DNA from: Candidatus Aenigmatarchaeota archaeon
Lineage (GTDB): Archaea; Aenigmatarchaeota; Aenigmatarchaeia; CG10238-14; SCSR01
Length of the DNA: 54,926 nucleotides
Assembly (NCBI GenBank): GCA_016187405.1
Contig: JACPJS010000006.1
Location: 1-54,926, forward strand
Direction: 5' to 3'
Positions 45,911-54,922 of the stretch are shown one piece after another (the stretch's first letter is position 1; every line of letters starts with the position of its first letter). The position numbers were made by a program, and so were the translations under genes. Under the pieces are notes generated by a model. It saw only the letters and a program-made list of their open reading frames with translations. It searched no databases and was not told the DNA's origin.

Positions 45911-46633
45911 TCATTGCAGGACTGAAGTGAGAACAAAAATCAGGACTATAGCCAAGCTCATTGACAGTATCATGTTCCATGGTGGATGTTTGTGTGTTTC
46001 TGGTAGTAAATTTGACGCGCCGATGTAGATGAATTCACCTGCAAAGAATGCAAGTACCATTGCCAATAGAGATTCGTTGATTGAAATAAAGTTCGTAGAC
46101 AGTACTCCGACCACAGGAGCCAGTGCATCCAAGAACAATAGCATTGCCGCATTTTTCACATGGTGTTTGTTCTTCAGCATCAACGTGACTGTATTACTCC
46201 CGTCTGTGAAATCGTGGAATATGACAGCGAGCGCAATTATCAGACCGATACTAGGATTTACGAGAAACGCTGCACCTATAGCCACACCATCCAGAAAACT
46301 GTGTATTATCAATCCGCCCGCACCTACAGGTCCCATTATGTGCGGATGGTCCTTGTCATCATGGTGATGGTGTGTAAGGAAATATTTTTCAAGTATAGTG
46401 TAGAAAAGAAACGCGCCGACGGTCACTGCAAAAAGATATCTCGCTGGCAAACCTATTGAATTTGCAATTATCAAACTCTCAGGCAGGATATCAAAGAATG
46501 TTACTGCAATAAGGCTTCCTGATGAGAACGCAAAGAAATACGGTAGGAGTTTCCTGAACCTTATTGTAAGACTCCCACCTATCATGGTGGATATGAAAGT
46601 GGCAAATGAAAGTGCGATTATCATCCAGTTCAT
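45911..46633 (-). CDS. ZIP-family metal (zinc) transporter
   Basis: 8 TM, His-rich loop THHHHDDKDHPH, conserved HSFLDG and FHDFTDG helices. Confidence 0.9.
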   Translation of the reverse strand: MNWMIIALSFATFISTMIGGSLTIRFRKLLPYFFAFSSGSLIAVTFFDILPESLIIANSIGLPARYLFAVTVGAFLFYTILEKYFLTHHHHDDKDHPHIMGPVGAGGLIIHSFLDGVAIGAAFLVNPSIGLIIALAVIFHDFTDGSNTVTLMLKNKHHVKNAAMLLFLDALAPVVGVLSTNFISINESLLAMVLAFFAGEFIYIGASNLLPETHKHPPWNMILSMSLAIVLIFVLTSVLQ

Positions 46634-46671
46634 ACTAATAAATTATGGTTTGATATTAAACGTTTAAATTC

Positions 46672-47085
46672 TTAGGCTACTCTTGTTGATCTTCTAATTT
46701 CTGTAGATCGTTCTATTAACCTGCCCCTAGCATGTCTTCCCCACTCATATAATGCAGATAATGCATTTGTTGCAGCAGGTATAGCGAGATATTTAGGGTC
46801 GTTGAAATAACCATACACCACCAACGCATCTAATCCCATACCAGTTATCACTCCTGTAATACCACCTGCATTTTCACTAGGACGAAAATATCTTTTTGTT
46901 TGAGTCGGCTCTGGTTCTCTAGACATTCTAACAACTGAGGGAATTGCATAAGGGCCTGTAATTAGAGCAACATTCAACCCCAAAAACATACCAGTGAATC
47001 TTACAGGTCCACTTTCAACAAGCTCTCTTCTCATCTCAGATGCAATCTCTCTTAAGCTCGGTCTGTAGTCAGTCGGCATAACCAT
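46672..47085 (-). CDS. Hypothetical membrane protein (orphan)
   Basis: ATG at 47085 avoids overlap with the upstream reductase-like gene. Gly-rich TM GGITGVITGMGLDALVVYG. No family recognised. Confidence 0.45.
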   Translation of the reverse strand: MVMPTDYRPSLREIASEMRRELVESGPVRFTGMFLGLNVALITGPYAIPSVVRMSREPEPTQTKRYFRPSENAGGITGVITGMGLDALVVYGYFNDPKYLAIPAATNALSALYEWGRHARGRLIERSTEIRRSTRVA

Positions 47086-47152
47086 AATATATAATGATAT
47101 CTTTAAATCGGTTAATCCAATATAGGTTTGTGAATATTTCTTGCATAAACTA

Positions 47153-47674
47153 TTAGTTTGCAACACTATATCGTAACTGAATAATGCCAAGTTTCAATTT
47201 TTTAACATCAGTTAGTTTCAATTTCTTTTCAAAATCGTCTTCCGAGAAAATTCTAATTCCTTTACCTAAAAGGTACGGTTCAACATTAATAATTATTTCA
47301 TCAATTAGTCCAGCTTTCATGAAACTACTATTGACAAGTCCACCTCCTGTGACCATGACCTTACGAAAACCAAGTTTGTTCGCTTTGTTCAATGCATCTC
47401 TTGGAGAATTTGCCAAAATATACCTCGCATCCAGTTTTAATTTAGGATTGTTTGATACAACAATTCTTTTTGCATTTACTTTATCAAGACTGAACTTTTC
47501 AGAGTTTTTCTTTTTGTAAATATCATACGTATTTCTGCCTATGACAAAACAGCCGATTTCCTCTGAGAACTTGACAAACATATCCCAAGTCTCATCCGTA
47601 AAAAACTCTTCTTCATAGTTCTCTCTGGCAATCATTCCATTGATTGTTTGCGCCATGAATAAAACAACTTTCAT
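47153..47674 (-). CDS. Dihydrofolate-reductase-like / RibD C-terminal domain protein
   Basis: MKVVLFMAQTINGMIA start, GRNTYD, VTGGGLVNSSFMKAGLIDEIIINVEP typical of the RibD_C/DHFR-like fold. Confidence 0.75.
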   Translation of the reverse strand: MKVVLFMAQTINGMIARENYEEEFFTDETWDMFVKFSEEIGCFVIGRNTYDIYKKKNSEKFSLDKVNAKRIVVSNNPKLKLDARYILANSPRDALNKANKLGFRKVMVTGGGLVNSSFMKAGLIDEIIINVEPYLLGKGIRIFSEDDFEKKLKLTDVKKLKLGIIQLRYSVAN

Positions 47675-47720
47675 ATTGATTTCATTAAACGTTTAAAGTA
47701 ATATCTACACAACTGATATC

Positions 47721-48491
47721 ATGGCAATCAAGAAAGGGGCACCAACACCAGGACAATTAGTTCTATGTACTGTAAAGAAGATCAGCCAGTTCGCAGCATG
47801 GTGCAGCCTTGATGAATATAATGGCGCTGAAGGAATGATTCATGTATCCGAGGTTGCTGGAAAGTGGATTCACGACATCAAGAAATATGTCAAGATGGAA
47901 AAGCAGTACGTTGCCAAAGTCATCAGGATTGAAGATGGAAATATTTCTCTTAGCTTGAAAAGAGTTTCAAAGAGCCAGGAAAGGAGCAAGTGGAATGAGT
48001 TCAGGCAGGAGCAGAGGTCTGAAGGTATATTGAAAATTATTGCAAAGGAATTAGGAATTGATTTGAACGAGGCTTATGAGAAGATTGGTTTCCCGTTGAA
48101 GGAACAGTTTGATAGTTTGTATTCGGGTTTCGAGGAAATCAAGAACGATCCTAAAGTGATGGACGATTTGAAATTATCGGCAAGGATGAAAGAAGGCCTG
48201 TTGAAAATTATTGAAAAGAGCTTCATCGACAAGGAATTCACGATCAAGATAGAACTGCAGTTGAGCTCGTATGAAAGCGACGGTGTCGAGAGAATAAAGA
48301 AGGTTCTTACTGGGATAGAAAAGGACGGGATTGACGTGAGCTATGTTTCTGCACCAAAGTACAGACTTGAGATTAAAACAAAGAATCCAAAGGCCGACAG
48401 CAAAAAATTCGAGCAAAAGCTCGATAAAGTTGTTGCAGAAGCTGTAAAATTAAACATCGATGCGAAATACAACCTAGAAGAAAAAAGTTAA
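47721..48491 (+). CDS. eif2a: Translation initiation factor 2 alpha subunit
   Basis: N-terminal S1 domain (PGQLVLCTVKKISQFAAWCSLDEYNGAEGMIHVSEV), then helical and alpha-beta domains; 256 aa. Confidence 0.9.
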   Translation: MAIKKGAPTPGQLVLCTVKKISQFAAWCSLDEYNGAEGMIHVSEVAGKWIHDIKKYVKMEKQYVAKVIRIEDGNISLSLKRVSKSQERSKWNEFRQEQRSEGILKIIAKELGIDLNEAYEKIGFPLKEQFDSLYSGFEEIKNDPKVMDDLKLSARMKEGLLKIIEKSFIDKEFTIKIELQLSSYESDGVERIKKVLTGIEKDGIDVSYVSAPKYRLEIKTKNPKADSKKFEQKLDKVVAEAVKLNIDAKYNLEEKS

Positions 48492-48492
48492 C

Positions 48493-48639
48493 ATGAAAAT
48501 GAAAAAATGTTCCGGCTGTAGCAATTATACGTTGAAAGGCATCTGTCCAAAGTGCGGTGCGAAGGCGATCAATCCGAACCCGCCGAAATATTCACCTGAA
48601 GACAAGTATGGTAAATATAGAAGACTACAAAGAAGTTAG
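48493..48639 (+). CDS. nop10: H/ACA RNP protein Nop10 (48 aa, not in the ORF track)
   Basis: Hand translation: MKMKKCSGCSNYTLKGICPKCGAKAINPNPPKYSPEDKYGKYRRLQRS. ATG lies 2 nt after the eif2a stop. Confidence 0.9.
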   Translation: MKMKKCSGCSNYTLKGICPKCGAKAINPNPPKYSPEDKYGKYRRLQRS

Positions 48640-48642
48640 TAT

Positions 48643-49131
48643 ATGACCAAAGAATTAAATCCAAAAAACCTTCAAAAACTTTCGGACGATGAGTTAGAAG
48701 AGTCTGTTATAAAATATATTTTTGCCAACGAAAGCGAATCTGAAAACATATATGATATTGTTATGAGAAAATCCAAAAGTATACGCATGTTTTATGCAAC
48801 ATGGATCGTTGACATGGAAGTTCATAATGGGGGATTTCATCAATTTTTTTGGAACAGATCTGGAAAATTTGCATTTGAAGCTCTTGATGGTTACAATTTA
48901 CTCGGTGCAAAAAAACACGCCAAGCTCATGGATAAGGCAATTAAACTTTTCATGAAAGAACTGCCGAAACAAGAGAAATTTAGGAAAGATGGAACGTTGA
49001 AATCATTTAGTGAATCCTACAAACATACAGACACGGGAAAATTAACTGACGATTTTTTCGCTATTGAAAAAACTGAAGATGTAAGAAAAATGCGAATTGA
49101 CTACTTAAGAAAACACATAAATAAGGAATAA
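48643..49131 (+). CDS. DUF4375 (DMP19-like) domain protein
   Basis: EVHNGGFHQFFWNRSG core motif of the DUF4375 family. Confidence 0.7.
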   Translation: MTKELNPKNLQKLSDDELEESVIKYIFANESESENIYDIVMRKSKSIRMFYATWIVDMEVHNGGFHQFFWNRSGKFAFEALDGYNLLGAKKHAKLMDKAIKLFMKELPKQEKFRKDGTLKSFSESYKHTDTGKLTDDFFAIEKTEDVRKMRIDYLRKHINKE

Positions 49132-49146
49132 AATCAAAATGATTGT

Positions 49147-49950
49147 ATGGCAACGAAAATTATAGAACTGGAGAAGCCAAAATTGAAGGATCCTATATTC
49201 ATTGAAGGTTTGCCAGGGATTGGACATGTCGGAAGGATAGCAGCGACATATCTTGTAGAGGAATTGAAGGCAAAGAAATTCGCAGAATTGTTCTCGTCTC
49301 ATTTCATGCATTATGTATTATTACAACAATCGTCAGCGGTACACGTTCTGAAGAATGAATTTTATTATGTCAAAGGAAAGAAAGGACAAAGAGATATGAT
49401 TTTGATGATTGGCGACTCGCAGAGCATCGATTCAGAAGGACATTACGAGATTTCATACGAAGTCTTGGATTACATGAAAAGGATCGGAGTGAAGGAAATA
49501 ATAACACTGGGCGGTCTTGGTGTAGGTGAACAGAAAGAAACTCCAAAGGTGATTGGTGCGACAAGCGACGTCGGCGTGGAGAAGAAATACAAGAAATATG
49601 GAATCAATTTTAATGCGGGAGACAAGGTAGGAACAATCGTAGGTGCATCAGGTTTATTCTTGGGACTAGCAAAAATCTACGGCATGCAGGGAATATGTTT
49701 GTTGGGGGAGACTTCAGGGTATCCTATCCTACCGGATCCAAAGGCAGCAGAGGAAGTATTGAAAGTTTTGTCGAAGATTCTCGGTGTTAAACTTGACATG
49801 AGCAAACTGAAGAAGAGAACAAAGGAGATGGAAGATTTCATCAAGAAGATAGACGACATGCAGAGAAAGGCCGTGACACAGATGATGTCCCAGCAGATGC
49901 CGCCTAAGAAGGATGAAACTGGCAAGGACCAATTGAGCTACATAGGATGA
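49147..49950 (+). CDS. PAC2-family proteasome-assembly-chaperone-like protein
   Basis: PIFIEGLPGIGHVGRIAATYLVEEL N-terminus; usual position after eif2a-nop10. Confidence 0.8.
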   Translation: MATKIIELEKPKLKDPIFIEGLPGIGHVGRIAATYLVEELKAKKFAELFSSHFMHYVLLQQSSAVHVLKNEFYYVKGKKGQRDMILMIGDSQSIDSEGHYEISYEVLDYMKRIGVKEIITLGGLGVGEQKETPKVIGATSDVGVEKKYKKYGINFNAGDKVGTIVGASGLFLGLAKIYGMQGICLLGETSGYPILPDPKAAEEVLKVLSKILGVKLDMSKLKKRTKEMEDFIKKIDDMQRKAVTQMMSQQMPPKKDETGKDQLSYIG

Positions 49951-49996
49951 TATCAATAGACAATTCGAGAGAATGAATTAAGTGTTGGTATAAATT

Positions 49997-50422
49997 TTAT
50001 TGTGATGGGAGTATACCCTGTCTTTCGAGTTCTACTTTTATTTGATCAGGACTCATACCGTCTTTTTGCATACCTTCTACATATCTCATTACAAGCATGT
50101 ATTTTTTGATGTCGCTACCATACTCTTCTCTAATTGACATTACAAGTCTGTCGAGTCTATTTGCATTATCCAATTCTCTAGCAATTCTCTCTGTCGATGC
50201 CACCATTGCTGATACTCGCATCGCTCCATAAACCATAAGTGCACCAACTCCAGCTACACCAACTACATGGTCGAGTGTTAAACCATATGTAAGTACACCA
50301 ACCGTGATACCAACCTCAGTTGCCAAACGAAATCTAGAAATACGATTATGGCGAGCATAATTACCACTATAAGGTCTTTCACTCCCTCCGATTATTCCAT
50401 CGCTTTCATCAGGCATATCCAT
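49997..50422 (-). CDS. Hypothetical membrane protein (orphan)
   Basis: Two Gly-rich hydrophobic helices, then a helical soluble tail. No family recognised. Confidence 0.45.
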   Translation of the reverse strand: MDMPDESDGIIGGSERPYSGNYARHNRISRFRLATEVGITVGVLTYGLTLDHVVGVAGVGALMVYGAMRVSAMVASTERIARELDNANRLDRLVMSIREEYGSDIKKYMLVMRYVEGMQKDGMSPDQIKVELERQGILPSQ

Positions 50423-50477
50423 TTTTAATACCGCTAATTTTAAAGATTTAAAAACATTCTTCTACAATTAGATAACC

Positions 50478-51077
50478 ATGCCAGCAAAGCTTTTGTTACC
50501 AAAGGAGGAATATCTAGCCTCGGGTATCCACATAGGCATGAAACAGAAGACGGAACACATGAAGAATTTCATTTACAAGGTCCGTGAGGACGGTCTGGCA
50601 GTTTTGAACCTCAGCATGATCGATGAGAGGATAAAAATCGCGTCAAAGTTTTTGGCAAGACAGGAAAAGATACTTTTGGTAACAAGGAAATCAGTCGCGG
50701 TATATTCATTGAAGAAATTTGCAGAAGTTATCGGTGCTAAATCCGTTACAGGAAGATTCATGCCTGGAACATTGACAAATCCTACATACAAGAACTTTTA
50801 TGAAGCAAATGCAGTTTTGATTGTTGATCCTGTGACAGACAGTCAGGCATTGAGAGAGGCATCAAAGGCACGCGTGCCTGTTGTTGCGATATGCGATACA
50901 TTCAACGAAGTGAAGGACATTGATTTTATAATCCCGGCGAACAACAAAGGCAAGAGATCTGTCGCTACAATATTCTGGATTCTTGCAAGAGAGATTCTAA
51001 GCGAGCGCGGTGAGATAAAATCCGACAAGGATTTCAAATACAGCATCGCTGATTTCGAAGGACCAGACGCAGGTTAA
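50478..51077 (+). CDS. rps2: 30S ribosomal protein S2 (uS2)
   Basis: EEYLASGIHIGMKQKT...RFMPGTLTNP...LIVDPVTDSQALREA archaeal S2 pattern. Confidence 0.9.
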   Translation: MPAKLLLPKEEYLASGIHIGMKQKTEHMKNFIYKVREDGLAVLNLSMIDERIKIASKFLARQEKILLVTRKSVAVYSLKKFAEVIGAKSVTGRFMPGTLTNPTYKNFYEANAVLIVDPVTDSQALREASKARVPVVAICDTFNEVKDIDFIIPANNKGKRSVATIFWILAREILSERGEIKSDKDFKYSIADFEGPDAG

Positions 51078-51218
51078 ATAAAATTTTATTTTTTTCTGAA
51101 AATAATTCGTAATTAACTACATTATAGTAATTTCAATCCAGAGTTCTGTAAAATATTCTTTCACCGACCACAAACGGTATTATAAGCAGAATAAAATTGT
51201 ATGTGTTAGCTTTCTGAA

Positions 51219-51234
51219 ACACAATATATTGTGG
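51219..51234 (+). promoter_or_regulatory. NrdR-box-like 16-bp palindrome
   Basis: ACACAATATATTGTGG. 7 of 8 half-site positions are self-complementary. Fits the published NrdR-box consensus as I recall it (acaCwAtATaTwGtgt). Lies 50 nt upstream of the nrdR ATG. Confidence 0.6.
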
Positions 51235-51254
51235 TTTAGGGGCTGTTCAAACAC

Positions 51255-51261
51255 ATTTAAA
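51255..51261 (+). promoter_or_regulatory. Putative TATA box of the nrdR-nrdJ operon
   Basis: ATTTAAA centred 26 nt upstream of the ATG at 51284. Confidence 0.35.
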
Positions 51262-51283
51262 CACTGAAACTACAATTAGACAT

Positions 51284-51733
51284 ATGATATGCCCTTATTG
51301 TAGTAGTCCTGACACACGGGTCGTTGACAAGAGATCCAGTGACGAAAAATCTTTCAGACGTCGCAGGGAATGCGAGAAATGCGAGAAGAGGTTCACGACG
51401 TATGAGAGAATCGAGACGATACCGTTGACAGTGGTGAAGAAAGACGGCAGCAGCGAGAGTTTCGACAAGAACAAGATACGAATGGGCATAATGAGGGCGT
51501 GCGAGAAGCGTCCGGTGAGCCAGGAAAAGATAGAAAAGATATTGGACGACATAGAAAACGAGCTAATGACCATGAACACAACAGAAATAAAATCAAAAAT
51601 CATCGGGGACATGGTAGGTGAAAAGTTAAAAGCTTTGGACGAAGTCGCTTATATCCGTTTTGCTTCAGTATATAAAAAATTCCGCGACATCGAGTCCTTC
51701 GAAAAAGAACTTAAAGAATTAAAACGAGGATAG
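51284..51733 (+). CDS. nrdR: Transcriptional repressor NrdR (zinc ribbon + ATP-cone)
   Basis: MICPYCSSPDTRVVDKR...RRRECEKCEKRFTTYE, then ATP-cone (VVKKDGSSESFDKNKI...AYIRFASVYKKF). Confidence 0.9.
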   Translation: MICPYCSSPDTRVVDKRSSDEKSFRRRRECEKCEKRFTTYERIETIPLTVVKKDGSSESFDKNKIRMGIMRACEKRPVSQEKIEKILDDIENELMTMNTTEIKSKIIGDMVGEKLKALDEVAYIRFASVYKKFRDIESFEKELKELKRG

Positions 51734-51736
51734 AGT

Positions 51737-54700
51737 ATGGACGGATCTGATTTTAATCAAGAGATTGTTCATGTAGTTGAAAAGGGTCTGAAGATTCCGC
51801 GTGTGTTTACCAAGGAAGGGGAAAATGTTTTTGATTCTGCTGAATGGGAGAAGAGAGTTTCACTTATAAAAAATCCTGACGGCACGATTGTTTTCAAAAT
51901 GGACAATGTAGAGGTTCCAAATTTCTGGAGCCAGACTGCTGTCGACATTCTTGCGCAAAAATATTTCAGAAAGCGCGGAGTTCCTCAATATGACATGAAT
52001 GGGAATCCGATGTTGGATGCTACTGGAAAACAAATGCTTGCAAGCGAGACATCATTGAAGCAGGCTGTTCATCGTATGGCTGGTTGCTGGGCATACTGGG
52101 GAAAGAAATATAATTATTTTGCATCCGAAGAAGATTCGCAGGCCTTCTATGACGAGATATCATACATGCTTATTCATCAATTCGCTGCCCCGAATTCTCC
52201 TCAATGGTTCAACACGGGATTGAACTATGCATATGGAATAACTGGTCCCGCACAAGGTCATTGGTATGTTGATCCGGATACAAAGGAACTGACAAGGTCT
52301 GTTGACTCATATTCTCACCCCCAGTGTCATGCGTGTTTCATCCAGCCTGTCAGAGATGATTTGGTAAATGAAGGAGGAATTCTTGATCTCGCAGTCCGTG
52401 AAGCAAGAATTTTCAAATATGGAAGTGGTACAGGAACAAACTTTTCAAATCTTAGAGCAAAAGGTGAACATCTATCAGGTGGTGGAACTTCATCAGGTGT
52501 AATGTCATTTTTGAAAATCTACGATACTGTTGCCGGTTCAATAAAATCAGGCGGGACTACAAGACGTGCTGCCAAGATGGTTCTTTTGAATGTCGATCAC
52601 CCTGAGATCGAGGAATTTATAAAATGGAAAGCGACTGAAGAAAAGAAATTCGCTGCGATTGTTGGAGCAGGATTGGTAAAGACTGACAGTGTGGAAGCTG
52701 CGGGTGATAATGTTTTCGGGCAGAATTCGAACAATTCAGTTCGTATTCCTGATGAATTCATGAGAGCTGTTATTGATGACAAGGATTGGAATCTTACATG
52801 GAGAGGAGATGGAAGTGTTGCAAGAACAGTTCATGCTCGAGGACTTTGGGATACGATTGCAAATTCTGCATGGGAATGCGCAGACCCTGGATTGCAATTC
52901 GACACGACTTATAACGACTGGCACACATGTCCTGCATCCGGAAGAATCAACGCAACAAATCCTTGCAGTGAATATGCATTTTTGGATAACACAGCATGCA
53001 ATCTCGCATCGATCAATCTGATAAAATTCATGGAGAACGGAACGTTCGATGTTGAAGGATACAAGCACGCTGTGAGATTGTGGACGATTGTTTTGGAACT
53101 GTCGGTATTGATGGCGCAGTATCCGTCGAAAGAAATTGCGCAGTTGAGTTACGAATACAGAACATTGGGTCTTGGATATACCAGTCTCGGTTCGCTTTTG
53201 ATGAAGATGGGAATTCCTTACGATTCCGACAAGGCACGTGCGATTGCCGCTGCACTGACTGCTGTGATGACAGGTGAATCATATGCAGCATCAGCAGAGA
53301 TGGCGAATGTAATCGGACCGTTCCAAGGATTTGAAATGAATCGCGACCACATGTTGAAAGTTATAAGAAACCACAGAAGGGCTGTTTACAATGCACCGAG
53401 AGGGGAATATGAAAAATTGAGCATCATACCTCCTGCGATCGACCACACGCAATGTCCCGATTATATGTTGAAGGCTGCCATTGAATCTTGGGATCGTGCA
53501 TTGATGCTCGGTGAGAGATATGGATACAGGAATGCGCAGACGACTTTGATTGCACCTACTGGAACGATAAGTTTTGTCATGGACGCGGATACGACCGGCA
53601 TCGAGCCTGATTTTGCATTGGTGAAATTCAAGAAACTAGTCGGTGGAGGATATTTCAAGATCGTAAACCAGACAGTCACACCATCATTGAGAAGATTGGG
53701 ATATACAGAAGACCAGATCAAGGATATAATAAAATACATGACCGGTACCGGGATATTGGAAGGTTCGCCTTACATCAATCCGTTCACTTTGAAGAACAAG
53801 GGTTTCACTGATTTGGATCTGGAGAAGATTGAAAAAGTTCTGCCGGGATCGTTGGATTTGTTGTTTGCATTCAATGTCGCTACTATTGGTAAAGTTGCAA
53901 TGGAGAGATTGGGTTTCAAAGAATCGCAGTATGAACAGCCTGGATTTAATCTGTTGCGCGCCCTGGGTTTCAGGGAAGATGAGATAGAAGGTGCGAATGA
54001 ATATATTTGTGGAACACAGACGATTGAAGGCGCTCCGCATCTGAAGACAGAACATTATGCGATATTCGACTGTGCAAATAAATGCGGAAAGAAAGGCGAG
54101 AGATATATCGATTACATGGCGCATGTGAACATGATGGCTGTGACGCAACCATTCTTGTCCGGAAGTATCAGTAAAACTATTAACATGCCTAACCATGCCA
54201 CTACCGAGGAGATTGAGAACGTCTACATGCAGTCATGGAAACTCGGATTGAAATCAGTCGCATTGTATCGTGACGGAAGCAAGATGATACAGCCGTTGGC
54301 TGTGTTCAAGGAAAAGAAAGCCGAAGAAGTGAAACCATTGAGAAAGAAATTGCATGCCGAGAGAAGGGCCATCGCACACAAGTTCAGGGTAGGCAACCAG
54401 GAAGGATATCTGCACGTGGGATTGTTTGACGACGGCACGCCTGGAGAATTGTTTGTCAGTATGGCCAAACAGGGAAGCACGTTATCAGGACTGATGAACG
54501 GTTTTGCCGTGACCATATCCATTGCACTGCAGTACGGTGTTCCGTTGAAGGTACTGGTGAACAAATTCATCAACACCCGGTTCGAGCCTATGGGTTGGAC
54601 GGATTCGGAGGAGATACCCGTCGCCAAATCTATAGTTGATTATATCTTCAGATGGATGGCGTTAAAGTTCCTTACACACCAGGACTTGAAGGATATGGGA

Positions 54701-54922
54701 CTGACAAACGGCGAGGCGATAGTCGTTGAAGGAAATAAGATCGAGGATGTCGAGAGCGGGAATCAGGAGAATGCGAAATTGGATCTTTTTGTGAAGAACA
54801 AGGAGAGTGATTTCGACATTAATGGGGATGCGCCTGCTTGTCCTGAATGCGGGTCATTGATGGTGAGGGCTGGGACTTGCTTCACATGTACGAGTTGTGG
54901 AAGTACTAGCGGATGCAGTTGA
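51737..54922 (+). CDS. nrdJ: Adenosylcobalamin-dependent (class II) ribonucleotide reductase
   Basis: 1061 aa. Active-site NPCSEYAFLDNTACNLASINL, GYTSLG, C-terminal Cys-rich tail CPECG...CTSCGSTSGCS. Starts 3 nt after the nrdR stop. Confidence 0.95.
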   Translation: MDGSDFNQEIVHVVEKGLKIPRVFTKEGENVFDSAEWEKRVSLIKNPDGTIVFKMDNVEVPNFWSQTAVDILAQKYFRKRGVPQYDMNGNPMLDATGKQMLASETSLKQAVHRMAGCWAYWGKKYNYFASEEDSQAFYDEISYMLIHQFAAPNSPQWFNTGLNYAYGITGPAQGHWYVDPDTKELTRSVDSYSHPQCHACFIQPVRDDLVNEGGILDLAVREARIFKYGSGTGTNFSNLRAKGEHLSGGGTSSGVMSFLKIYDTVAGSIKSGGTTRRAAKMVLLNVDHPEIEEFIKWKATEEKKFAAIVGAGLVKTDSVEAAGDNVFGQNSNNSVRIPDEFMRAVIDDKDWNLTWRGDGSVARTVHARGLWDTIANSAWECADPGLQFDTTYNDWHTCPASGRINATNPCSEYAFLDNTACNLASINLIKFMENGTFDVEGYKHAVRLWTIVLELSVLMAQYPSKEIAQLSYEYRTLGLGYTSLGSLLMKMGIPYDSDKARAIAAALTAVMTGESYAASAEMANVIGPFQGFEMNRDHMLKVIRNHRRAVYNAPRGEYEKLSIIPPAIDHTQCPDYMLKAAIESWDRALMLGERYGYRNAQTTLIAPTGTISFVMDADTTGIEPDFALVKFKKLVGGGYFKIVNQTVTPSLRRLGYTEDQIKDIIKYMTGTGILEGSPYINPFTLKNKGFTDLDLEKIEKVLPGSLDLLFAFNVATIGKVAMERLGFKESQYEQPGFNLLRALGFREDEIEGANEYICGTQTIEGAPHLKTEHYAIFDCANKCGKKGERYIDYMAHVNMMAVTQPFLSGSISKTINMPNHATTEEIENVYMQSWKLGLKSVALYRDGSKMIQPLAVFKEKKAEEVKPLRKKLHAERRAIAHKFRVGNQEGYLHVGLFDDGTPGELFVSMAKQGSTLSGLMNGFAVTISIALQYGVPLKVLVNKFINTRFEPMGWTDSEEIPVAKSIVDYIFRWMALKFLTHQDLKDMGLTNGEAIVVEGNKIEDVESGNQENAKLDLFVKNKESDFDINGDAPACPECGSLMVRAGTCFTCTSCGSTSGCS

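Noticed and set aside
46672-50422. Paralogy between the orphans at 46672-47085 and 49997-50422 (GITGVITGMGLDALVVYG vs GITVGVLTYGLTLDHVVG)
   Set aside because: The similarity is confined to a Gly-rich transmembrane segment, where chance resemblance is common. The flanking sequence does not align by eye.
51250-51265. Second NrdR box overlapping the TATA element (AACACATTTAAACACT)
   Set aside because: Only the left half-site (ACACA) matches and the right half is not complementary. Kept only as a remark under the NrdR finding.
51737-54922. Intein or split in the long (1061-aa) nrdJ
   Set aside because: The translation reads as continuous RNR text through the active-site region (NPCSEYAFLDNTACNLASINL). 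There are no Cys/Ser-initiated block with a terminal HN motif and no LAGLIDADG or HNH segment. The length is within what I recall for long class II enzymes.
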